A stretch of DNA of 64,000 nt, taken from assembly GCA_035949535.1 (NCBI GenBank), contig DASZIA010000650.1, positions 45,548-109,547 of the forward strand, written 5' to 3'. Origin of the DNA: Planctomycetaceae bacterium (GTDB lineage: Bacteria > Planctomycetota > Planctomycetia > Planctomycetales > Planctomycetaceae). Shown here piece by piece: positions 1 through 7,862 of the stretch. The notes beneath the pieces were generated by a model. It saw only the letters and a program-made list of their open reading frames with translations. It was not told the origin of the DNA and ran no database searches. The translations under genes were made by a program, and so were the position numbers. Every line of letters begins with the position of its first letter. Positions within the stretch are counted from its first letter, which is position 1.

Positions 1-694
1 CAGTTTTGCCGGGGAGGCCGTCGTAGATGATTTCAACATGGGCGCGCGAGGCAGCGGCTGCCTTGATCGCCTTGAGCGCTTCCGGCCATTGGAATTCGTA
101 GATCGCTCCAAATAATCCGTAGCTCTCTCCTTTGGCCCTGGCGACAAACGCCACGAACGCTTCCAGCAGGCCGCGGGACAACCACCGGAATGCTGCTTTC
201 TGTTCGTCTCCGCCTAGCTTGTCAGGACGAATGTTCTGAAATCGTCTGGCGTACTCCTGGGAGGCGATTGCTCCGCGATTGAAGAAAACAGAACTTGTTT
301 CGTGCTGTTTTGGATTTGCCAGTTCCGCTTCGGTGGAAATCGGAACGGCTAAACTTCCGACTTCAACAAGGTTTCGCGGCGCGCCGCCAAGCGGAATGAC
401 AGTGTATGTGTAATCGTGCTTCGGTTTCGCACTGTAATCGGCCCATTGAAATGTCTGAAACGGGTGTTGCCGGCTCGAGACTTGTCCTCCCGGGCCAAGA
501 CCCGGGTCGGTCTCTTTAAATGTCTTCATACCGCTCAGCCAATAACGCTCATCTTCGGTATGGTCCTCGCGCTGGATTGCAAAGCCGAGACAGCCCTTGC
601 GCCTGCCTTCAGAAAGATCCATACCCAAGAGCACGACGTTGGTACCCGCGATCGCGTTGACGGTGATTCCCGCATTACTTTGCTTGTTGCGCAT
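1..694 (-). CDS. PLD-superfamily-like protein, N-terminal part (gene continues beyond window start)
   Basis: The minus-strand frame is open from ATG 694..692 (GGAG 7 nt upstream) to position 1. It is absent from the ORF track because no stop lies in the window. My translation MRNKQSNAGITVNAIAGTNVVLLGMDLSEGRRKGCLGFAIQRED..HPFQTFQWADYSAKPKHDYTYTVIPLGG..LFGAIYEFQWPEALKAIKAAAASRAHVEIIYDG recalls the N-terminal region of bacterial phospholipase-D-like proteins. The HKD motifs would lie outside the window, so the family call is tentative. Confidence 0.5.
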   Translation of the reverse strand, partial: MRNKQSNAGITVNAIAGTNVVLLGMDLSEGRRKGCLGFAIQREDHTEDERYWLSGMKTFKETDPGLGPGGQVSSRQHPFQTFQWADYSAKPKHDYTYTVIPLGGAPRNLVEVGSLAVPISTEAELANPKQHETSSVFFNRGAIASQEYARRFQNIRPDKLGGDEQKAAFRWLSRGLLEAFVAFVARAKGESYGLFGAIYEFQWPEALKAIKAAAASRAHVEIIYDGLPGKT

Positions 695-1306
695 CGGTGT
701 CTCCAGAGGCAGAGGGAACGAACGCATTCGATCACAGAAAAATGTACGAAGTAAAATGACAAGTCGACAAAAGCGCAGGCCCTGCGCTCCCGACGATCCG
801 AGAATGCTGAGCCCAAGTCCAAGAAGCCTGCACGCTCGCCTCGGCGCGCGGTCGCATTCCTCAGAGACAATATCGCGCGGCTGCGCGCGACGCTGAGCTT
901 GACGAGGCGGATTCATTCAACAGTCAGCTTTTACAAATCTGTTCGAACAGCCATACTAACAGCGCGTCTGCCGACCGGCATCGTTGGGGGGAATACCTAG
1001 TCGGTGTTTCGCTCGAAGAATGAGGTGAGGCGGCAGAATTTCCTTGCTATTGCGAATCCTGCTGCTTAATAATCGTGGGCGGCATTGAGTTCACGACCAT
1101 CATCGGTCGCTCGCCATCCCGAGCTCAAATGCGTACACGACTTTGACGACCGTCGATTTTCGACGCGCCGGTGCCATGTCTTTGTCAAAAGCGAAGACCG
1201 GGCGACAACCTGCTGCGTAATCCCAAACAACTTTCGCAATCACGCGTCGACGGCCGAGCGTCGCCGTGGCTTTGGCATCTTCACTGAGGGAACGGGAGGG
1301 GGCCTG

Positions 1307-2833
1307 ATGAAACGCACCTTGGGCGTGCTTGCGATCTTCTTGAGCTGCGCAGCAATCTGCTGCGTCTTCCGCGCGGAAGCGGCGCCCCCCGCACCGGGTG
1401 TCGATGACGGAGCGGTCGACGGGATGCTGCCTGCGGCGCTGACGACGGACGTGCCGAAGGACGTGGACACTGATCCGAAGACGATGCCTAAGGACGAGCA
1501 CAGGAATCCGATCTTCACGTTCAAAACGCTCCAGCCGAGATTCGATCGACTTTCCTGGGAGACCTTTGTTGCCTTGAATCAGCCCGTGAAGCTGGACGGG
1601 ACTCAGACCGGAGAAAAAATCGGATCAGCCAAAGACAATCTGGCAATTTGGGAGCTGTGGAAAGAGGACTATCAGATCTTCTTGGAGCGTGGGGCGCGGC
1701 CAAGCGAATGGAAACTCGACCCTGACCACCACCCCGGTCCCATTTCTCGGGACTGTCCCTCCTACTTCTCGCGTGGGTGCCGGGACTTGTTTGAGTTGAA
1801 GCAGGCGGAGCTCGCCAAGGCGGGCCGGCCGCTGGCGGTCCTCGAAGCGTTTGTCGAGCCGTTCGATACAGGACCGTTGATCGATCAGAACGGGAAGTAT
1901 GCCCGCTTCGAGATCCTCGTAAACCAGGACATGTTTCAGTACATCGTCGACCACGAGCTTTATTCCAAAGCCGGCCAGGCACGACGAGCAGAGGAGGACC
2001 GCCCCGACCAAAAAACAGTGCCCTACCACGTCGTCTTTCCATGCAGCAAGCAGAAGGGGAATAAGCCGGAAGACAAGCCCGAGACCGGCTCGATCATGAT
2101 CAAGGCGGCATGGAAGGCCTTGAGCCTCCAGGAGATACGCGCAGGCAAGTTTCATACGGCCGATTGCCTCGTGTACACGCGCGAAAACGAAGAGTTCAAT
2201 ATCAAAGAGGATTGCCAGTTCGTGACGCTTGGACTGGTGGGTTTTCACATCGTGCACAAAACGGCGACCCGCCCGCAGTGGGTTTGGTCGACGTTCGAGC
2301 ACATCGACAATTGCCCCACCGCTGGAAGCGATGCTGAGGAACGCTCCTTCAGCTTCTACGACGGTGCGCAGCCGGGCTTGTTAGCTGTGAACTCGCCCCC
2401 TCTGCCGCCCTGGAACCCGACCGTAACGGAGCCGCAAGCGCGAAGATCTCAGATCAAGCGGATGCAGGCGGTCACGAAGGATGCAGAAGACCAAAACCGG
2501 GCCTTCCAACGGCTGTTGGCGGGATCTGTTTGGGCGAACTATCGATTGATCAGCACTCAGTGGCCGTCGGCGCGACCAAACGACAAACCCGATCCCCAAA
2601 AACTGAAGGTCGACCCAAACGCGAAGGTCGAATTCTGTGATCCGCAGGATACCGCACCGACGGACATCATCGCTATGCCTGCTCCGCAATTCCTCGGCAG
2701 CTCGATGCTCGAGTCGTACATCCCTCAGCGGACCGTCAACACGTCGTCGAGCTGCATCGAGTGCCATGCCAATGCGACGACGACCAAAACGAAGTTTTCC
2801 GACTTCACGTTTTTGCTGCTTCGCGCGAAGTAG
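1307..2833 (+). CDS. secreted protein with a single C-terminal CxxCH (c-type haem-binding-like) motif; paralog of 34491..35882
   Basis: ORF track gives 1085..2833. I moved the start to the in-frame ATG 1307, which follows GGGAGGGGG and opens a signal-peptide-like MKRTLGVLAIFLSCAAICCVFRAEAAPP. The C-terminus carries CIECH. It shares blocks with 34491..35882: SW..F(V/I)ALN, GSIM(I/L)KA.W, LVGFHIVHK..W(V/I)WS(T/S)FEH(I/V)DN, NY.L(I/V).TQWP. Confidence 0.8.
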   Translation: MKRTLGVLAIFLSCAAICCVFRAEAAPPAPGVDDGAVDGMLPAALTTDVPKDVDTDPKTMPKDEHRNPIFTFKTLQPRFDRLSWETFVALNQPVKLDGTQTGEKIGSAKDNLAIWELWKEDYQIFLERGARPSEWKLDPDHHPGPISRDCPSYFSRGCRDLFELKQAELAKAGRPLAVLEAFVEPFDTGPLIDQNGKYARFEILVNQDMFQYIVDHELYSKAGQARRAEEDRPDQKTVPYHVVFPCSKQKGNKPEDKPETGSIMIKAAWKALSLQEIRAGKFHTADCLVYTRENEEFNIKEDCQFVTLGLVGFHIVHKTATRPQWVWSTFEHIDNCPTAGSDAEERSFSFYDGAQPGLLAVNSPPLPPWNPTVTEPQARRSQIKRMQAVTKDAEDQNRAFQRLLAGSVWANYRLISTQWPSARPNDKPDPQKLKVDPNAKVEFCDPQDTAPTDIIAMPAPQFLGSSMLESYIPQRTVNTSSSCIECHANATTTKTKFSDFTFLLLRAK

Positions 2834-2887
2834 GCGCGTCAAACAGTAGGCGCGTCAAACAGTCGGCGCGTCAAACAGTCGGCGCGG
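2831..2887. repeat. 16-bp tandem direct repeat, about 3.5 copies
   Basis: Read directly: TAGGCGCGTCAAACAG at 2831-2846 and 2847-2862, TCGGCGCGTCAAACAG at 2863-2878, and partial TCGGCGCGG at 2879-2887. The first copy contains the TAG stop of the upstream gene. The array sits in the 100-nt gap before the next start. Confidence 0.9.
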
Positions 2888-2908
2888 AGCCAGCCGGCTC
2901 CATGTTTT
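2886..2908 (+). terminator. possible weak hairpin or attenuator
   Basis: GGAGCC-agcc-GGCTCC (6-bp GC stem, 4-nt loop) followed by ATGTTTT, directly after the tandem repeat. The stem is short and the T run is short. Confidence 0.25.
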
Positions 2909-2933
2909 CAGTCTGAGCAAGAGGGACGCCGCG

Positions 2934-3401
2934 ATGCTGGATGACGAAGTCAAATTGGACAAATTCAAGGCTCTGTCTGCGGGTTTGACGGGGCTGCAGT
3001 TGACGCAGTTGTCGCCGGGCGTCGATCCGATCGGACTGGCGCAGCAGTACTGGAACACCTTGCAGGACAACCTCGACGAGCAGTGGCGTGCTGACCTTGA
3101 TGCGATGCTCGACCTCGTGAAGGACACAGCGAAGCCGGCCGACAAGGCAACCGTCGACGGGGTGTTTGCGAAGGAACGATCTGCGTCCCTCGCCCGGAGC
3201 ATTCTGAAGTTGTGGCTGCTCGGGACCTGGTATCACCCGAGCACGCCGAAAAGGGCGGAGAAAGTTGTCTCCTCACAGGCCTACAAAGAGAGCCTGGTCT
3301 GGAAGACGATGCAAGCGCACCCGATGGGCTACAGCATGTCGCCTTACGGCTATTGGGCCAAGGAGCCGCGCGACCTGAGCATTTTTCTAAAGTTCCAGTA
3401 G
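2934..3401 (+). CDS. FAD-dependent sugar dehydrogenase small-subunit-like protein
   Basis: 155-aa ORF. The C-terminal LKLWLLGTWY..VVSSQAYKESLVWKTMQAHPMGYSMSPYGYWAKEP resembles the conserved end of sorbitol/gluconate/fructose dehydrogenase small subunits (FAD-SLDH type, from memory). It lies 17 nt upstream of a GMC flavoprotein gene, the usual partner. No twin-arginine signal is visible at its N-terminus. Confidence 0.6.
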   Translation: MLDDEVKLDKFKALSAGLTGLQLTQLSPGVDPIGLAQQYWNTLQDNLDEQWRADLDAMLDLVKDTAKPADKATVDGVFAKERSASLARSILKLWLLGTWYHPSTPKRAEKVVSSQAYKESLVWKTMQAHPMGYSMSPYGYWAKEPRDLSIFLKFQ

Positions 3402-3418
3402 CAAAGAGGAGCGTCGAG

Positions 3419-5197
3419 ATGGCCGACCATTATGCTGACGTCGCGATTGTCGGCGCCGGCATCGCGGGCTCGATTGTCGCGTATCAACTTGGGAAGTGCG
3501 GCATCGATGTGCTTTTGATCGAATCGGGGCCCGCCGTCCTTCCGAGTCGCGAATCCGAGGTCGAACGCTATTACACCGCGGTCGATAAGTTTCCCGAAAC
3601 ACCCTACGCGGTGAACGTGAATGCGCCGAACGCGCGCGTGGAGCACTTGTTCAAGTCGGTCTGGCAGGACGTAAAAAAAACCTACTTGGATCAGAGCGAA
3701 TCGCCGCTGCCGTTTGGCAGCACCTATGAACGCCGCGCGGGCGGCACGGTGTGGCACTGGTTAGGGACCAGTCTTCGCCTGTTGCCCAACGATTTCCGAC
3801 TGAAAACCCAGTACGGCGTCGGCGACGATTGGCCGATTTCCTACGATGATCTTGGGCAGCCGCAAAGTGGGCGAGTGAAGTCCTACTACCGCCTGGCCGA
3901 GGAAGAAATCGGGGTGGCCGCGGACGTTAAAGAGCAGCAGTACCTGGGACTGACATTCGAGGACGGCTACCAATATCCGAACCCCGCCATCTCGGGGACG
4001 TGCACAGACGAATTCTTTCGGAAGCCTCTGGCAGATGGAAAAACGACGTTTGACGGATGCAAGGTCGTTGTCTCGCCCACGCCGGCGGGCCGCCAATCGG
4101 TTCCGACGCTGACGCGTCGCGCCTGCGCGGGAAACACGAGCTGCGTTCCGATCTGCCCGATCCAGGCCAAGTACGACCCGACATTGACGTTGCACAAGGC
4201 GTTCAGCACGGGCCATGTGCATGCTTTGTTTCAAGCCGTCGCGTCCGAGGTCATCCTCGACGCGCACCATCAAAAGGTCATGGGGATCAAGGTCATTCGA
4301 TACAGCGATGCGGCCGTCGTGTCGCGCTGCGGCGAAGACACGGTCCGCGCCAAGATTTACGTCCTTGCGGGCAACGCGATCGAAACGCCGAAACTGATGC
4401 TGATGTCGAATCTACCGAACCCGAACATCGGCAAGTATTTGATGGATCATCCGTACTACCTGCGCTGGGGCCTGACTCCAAACCCGACTTGGCCCTATCG
4501 AGGACCATTGTCAACGTCCGGCATTGAGAGCCTGCGGGACGGCAAGTTTCGCGAGAAGCGCGCCGCATTCCGCGTCGAGTTGGGAAATGAGGGCTGGAAC
4601 CTGACGATCAACGATCCTCAAACTACGGCTCTCGATCTGATCGATGGCACGGATGACAGTCACACCAACCGCGATCGACTCAAATTCCACGGCCGGCAGT
4701 TGATGGAAGAACTCAACAAGCGATTTAGATCTCAATGTCGCATCGGGTTTTTGATCGAGCAGACGGCGGACAGGAACAACGCGGTGACCTTGTCCGATCA
4801 GTCGGATGGCCTGGGTCTCCCTCGCCCGAAAATCACCTATTCATTCTCGGACTACACGATGCGCGGCTTCTTGGCCGCCAGACAGTTCACCGACCAGCTC
4901 TTCAAACTGCTCAAGATCGAGTGCAAGAGCCAACCGCGTGGCCTCGCCGGCGCCTTCCGTTTCGACGCGGAGGATTTCGAGTACCTTGGGGCCGGGCACG
5001 TCATCGGCACCTACCGCATGGGAACCACGCGGGACAACTCCGTTGTCGACAAGTTCCAGCGCTGTTGGGAGCACGAGAATCTGTATCTGGTTGGCAGCGG
5101 CGTCTTCCCCACCAGCGGGACGGCCAACCCGACGTTGACGCTTGCCGCCCTTTCGTTCTGGGCCGCCGACACCATCGCCAAGAAGCTGCACAAATAA
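3419..5197 (+). CDS. GMC-family FAD oxidoreductase
   Basis: ORF track gives 3212..5197. Moving the start to ATG 3419 gives MADHYADVAIVGAGIAGSIVAYQLGKCGIDVLLIESG (GxGxxG). The C-terminal GAGHVIGTYRMG and NLYLVGSGVFPTSGTANPTLTLAAL blocks are typical of GMC oxidoreductases. Confidence 0.85.
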   Translation: MADHYADVAIVGAGIAGSIVAYQLGKCGIDVLLIESGPAVLPSRESEVERYYTAVDKFPETPYAVNVNAPNARVEHLFKSVWQDVKKTYLDQSESPLPFGSTYERRAGGTVWHWLGTSLRLLPNDFRLKTQYGVGDDWPISYDDLGQPQSGRVKSYYRLAEEEIGVAADVKEQQYLGLTFEDGYQYPNPAISGTCTDEFFRKPLADGKTTFDGCKVVVSPTPAGRQSVPTLTRRACAGNTSCVPICPIQAKYDPTLTLHKAFSTGHVHALFQAVASEVILDAHHQKVMGIKVIRYSDAAVVSRCGEDTVRAKIYVLAGNAIETPKLMLMSNLPNPNIGKYLMDHPYYLRWGLTPNPTWPYRGPLSTSGIESLRDGKFREKRAAFRVELGNEGWNLTINDPQTTALDLIDGTDDSHTNRDRLKFHGRQLMEELNKRFRSQCRIGFLIEQTADRNNAVTLSDQSDGLGLPRPKITYSFSDYTMRGFLAARQFTDQLFKLLKIECKSQPRGLAGAFRFDAEDFEYLGAGHVIGTYRMGTTRDNSVVDKFQRCWEHENLYLVGSGVFPTSGTANPTLTLAALSFWAADTIAKKLHK

Positions 5198-5201
5198 GCC
5201 G

Positions 5202-6203
5202 ATGGCCGAATCACCACGCTGCGACATAAACGACATTCCGTTGCCGAACACCCGCCGGTTGTCGAATCTCGACGGTTATCTCAACGGACCGGTCAGGGAC
5301 CTGATCGCGGAGCCGACCGTCCCGATCCCGCCCGAGGTGGCCGAGCGGCATCGGATCTACGCCCTGTTGCTAATGGCGATCGCGCGCTGGTACTGGAACC
5401 CGAACAAACGCGGCCGGCTCGGCGTCTACCCCTTGAACCCGTCGCTGGCGGCGGGCGACATCGGCAACTACCTCGACAAGGACTATTTGGGGCACAACAT
5501 CGGCGGCCTGGCCGTCGATGCCGATGGGCGCATCATCGACTTCGATTTCAATCACAACGAGATCTTCGACAGTTCGGCCGAACACGCCGAGGCCCGCCTG
5601 GTGCGGCGGGTGTTTTCACTCGTGCAGGTGGAAGACACCTGGAACGTAAACGCCGCGCGGATTCCGCTCAGGCGGGGCAGCCTGATGCCTGACGTGACGA
5701 TCTACACGACGCTCGAGTCGTGCTCCCAGTGCTCGGGCGTGATGGCGCTTGCCGCGGTCAAACAGGTGGTCTACCTGCAGCGCGACCCCGGCATGTTTCA
5801 CATCGGCAATATTCTTTGGCGACTCACCGAGAAAACGGACCTGCAGGCGCCGCTGCCGATTTCGGGAGATCGAATCGGCCTGCCCTTTTTTCGGATGCTG
5901 AACGACCGGTACGACGCGTTCGCCGACCAGCAGAAATCGGGCAAGGGGTCGCCGTTCTTTTGTCCCCCGCATTCTCATGAGGAATATTCACCGTCCGTCA
6001 CGTCGTTTTTGTGCACCAACAGCGCCTATAGCGTCTTCAAAGACGGCGAGAGTGCCTTCGATGCCTTGAGTAAGCAACCGCTGAAATACGCCGGCTACAA
6101 ACCCTCTCCGACGAACTTGACGAACGCCAAATGCCTAGAAGAGGCCGTTCGGTTCCGCTGCTACGCGACGAGCAAAGGGCGGCGCGGAACGCCGCACAAA
6201 TAG
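5202..6203 (+). CDS. cytidine/deoxycytidylate-deaminase-fold protein
   Basis: ORF track gives 5142..6203. I moved the start to ATG 5202, 4 nt after the GMC stop. It contains HAEARLV, then about 40 residues, then TTLESCSQCSGVMALAAVKQVVYLQRDPG. This matches the H-A-E and CxxC zinc signature of the CDA/TadA fold. About 140 residues of unknown N-terminal region precede it. Confidence 0.65.
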   Translation: MAESPRCDINDIPLPNTRRLSNLDGYLNGPVRDLIAEPTVPIPPEVAERHRIYALLLMAIARWYWNPNKRGRLGVYPLNPSLAAGDIGNYLDKDYLGHNIGGLAVDADGRIIDFDFNHNEIFDSSAEHAEARLVRRVFSLVQVEDTWNVNAARIPLRRGSLMPDVTIYTTLESCSQCSGVMALAAVKQVVYLQRDPGMFHIGNILWRLTEKTDLQAPLPISGDRIGLPFFRMLNDRYDAFADQQKSGKGSPFFCPPHSHEEYSPSVTSFLCTNSAYSVFKDGESAFDALSKQPLKYAGYKPSPTNLTNAKCLEEAVRFRCYATSKGRRGTPHK

Positions 6204-6271
6204 TTTGATCGGCCTTGTTACGAGCGTCTGTCGCCAAATACAGAACCACACAGCTTGAGGAGACCCCGAGA

Positions 6272-7813
6272 GTGGCCAATCAGCTCAGTTCGATTAAATG
6301 CATTGTCCAGTTGATGCTCGAAAATCGCTCGTTCGATCAGATGTTGGGATTTCTTTACGAGACGAGCAAAAATAAATCGCCGCAAGGTCAAGACTTTGAC
6401 GGATTAACCGGGCAAGAGTCGAATCGGGACGACACCGGGAGGGACTGGCCGGTCTTTAAGATTAGCGCCAGCGACAAGCATCCGTATTTTATGCCGGGCG
6501 CCGATCCGGGGGAGGGCTTTCGCAACACCAACTACCAGCTGTTCGAGACAGACGATCCGCAGCCGGGGACTAAGCCGACGATGGGTGGGTTCCTGATGAA
6601 TTTCAAGAATGCGATCGCGACGGACCATTCCCGGAATTACAAGGACTCGCTGCCCGGCACGCTGCCTCAAGACATTATGGGGATGTATACGCCGGAATTG
6701 CTGCCCGTGATGTCGGGGCTCGCCAAAGGGTTCGCCGTTTGCGACCGGTGGTTTGCCTCGGCTCCCACGCAAACCATTCCCAACCGCGCGTTCGCGTCCG
6801 CAGGGACGTCGCTCGGACATCTGGATAACTCCGTCAAAGTCTTTACATGCCCGAGCATGTTCGGGCGATTGACGGACAAGAAAGTCGACTGGGCAATCTA
6901 CGGCTATAACCGCGAACCGTTGACGCGACTGGACTTTCCCGACACTCAACACGAGGACGAAAGTCACTTCGGCCACTTTCGGGACTTCAGAGCGCGGGCC
7001 GCGGCCGGCAAGCTGCCCGCTTACACGTTTCTCGAGCCCAGCTTTGGCGCCAGCGGCAACAGTCAGCACCCGAACTACGACGTCGCGCTGGGCGAACAAT
7101 TGATTCACGACGTGTATTACGCCTTACGCAATGGGCCCGGTTGGAACGACACCCTTCTCTTAATCACGTATGACGAGCACGGGGGCAATTACGACCACGT
7201 GCCGCCGCCGGCGACTGCCGTTCCGCCGGACAATTCGACGGGCGAGTTCGGATTCGACTTCAAGCGATTCGGCGTCCGCATCCCCGCACTTCTGATCTCG
7301 CCGCGTATCGAGGCGGGGACAGTTTTTCGGGCTACTGGCGCGACGATCGATCACACGTCCGTGCTGAAAACGATTCAGCTGCGGTGGGGGACGAAGGCGT
7401 TGACTGCGCGCGTCGATCAGGCGGCGGATCTCGGCGACGTGCTGACACTCCAAGCGCCGCGAAGGGACGATCCGCTTGCGGGGGTCAAGATTCCGGCGTC
7501 GAACCAGGTTCACCCCAATCAGGCGAAACCGTCGACGATCGAGAAGATTCACGCGAAGAGAGTTGCCGAGCTCCCTCTGCGAAACGACCACGGCGTGTAC
7601 GATCAGCATACGCCGCCACCCTTGGCGACGACCGAAGAGGTCGGCGAGTACATCCAAAACCGCACAGCCGCCTGGAAAGATCATCTCGAGCGACTCCGAC
7701 AACGTCGCCAATGGAAACAGCCGCCTGGCCCGAAGAACGCTCCGGCTAGAGTAACGGGTGGTAAGACACGGTCTGGTAGGGCAAAACCGGGTAACGCAAA
7801 AAAACCCAAATAA
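6272..7813 (+). CDS. phosphoesterase family protein (phospholipase C / AcpA type)
   Basis: ORF track gives 6215..7813 (TTG). I prefer GTG 6272, preceded by GAGGAG at 6257-6262. Motifs seen: IVQLMLENRSFDQMLG, TQTIPNRAFASAGTS, QHPNYDV, LLLITYDEHGGNYDHVPPP. The C-terminal tail is Lys/Arg/Gly-rich. Confidence 0.85.
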   Translation: MANQLSSIKCIVQLMLENRSFDQMLGFLYETSKNKSPQGQDFDGLTGQESNRDDTGRDWPVFKISASDKHPYFMPGADPGEGFRNTNYQLFETDDPQPGTKPTMGGFLMNFKNAIATDHSRNYKDSLPGTLPQDIMGMYTPELLPVMSGLAKGFAVCDRWFASAPTQTIPNRAFASAGTSLGHLDNSVKVFTCPSMFGRLTDKKVDWAIYGYNREPLTRLDFPDTQHEDESHFGHFRDFRARAAAGKLPAYTFLEPSFGASGNSQHPNYDVALGEQLIHDVYYALRNGPGWNDTLLLITYDEHGGNYDHVPPPATAVPPDNSTGEFGFDFKRFGVRIPALLISPRIEAGTVFRATGATIDHTSVLKTIQLRWGTKALTARVDQAADLGDVLTLQAPRRDDPLAGVKIPASNQVHPNQAKPSTIEKIHAKRVAELPLRNDHGVYDQHTPPPLATTEEVGEYIQNRTAAWKDHLERLRQRRQWKQPPGPKNAPARVTGGKTRSGRAKPGNAKKPK

Positions 7814-7862
7814 CTCCGGGGTGATGTGGTCGTACGTCGACGTGACGGAGAGGAAGCCTGCA

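Noticed and set aside
1625-2302. Long antisense or alternative-frame ORFs overlapping well-supported genes. Examples are 1625..2302(-), 6404..7108(-), 7160..8026(-), 36497..37279(-), 41363..42355(+), 55416..56144(+), 55447..56301(-), 61878..62567(-) and 63229..63738(-).
   Set aside because: Their products are Arg/Pro/Gly-rich and low in complexity, with no motifs. Each lies opposite or out of frame to a gene with clear family signatures. These are typical shadow ORFs of GC-rich DNA.
2831-2887. CRISPR array.
   Set aside because: The 16-bp units are directly abutting with no spacers. No other repeat-spacer structure was noticed anywhere in the window, and there are no cas genes.
3212-3418. Upstream extensions offered by the ORF track. 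Examples are 3212 for the GMC gene, 1085 for the CxxCH gene, 5142, 7758, 9991 (a 50-aa Lys/Arg-rich leader), 26582, 35813, 42384, 45161 and 57062..58675.
   Set aside because: Internal starts have good Shine-Dalgarno sequences. They begin at signal peptides or at the conserved N-terminal motif, or they remove overlap with the preceding gene. The extensions look non-protein-like. The 9991 start for the hydrolase-protease fusion cannot be fully excluded.
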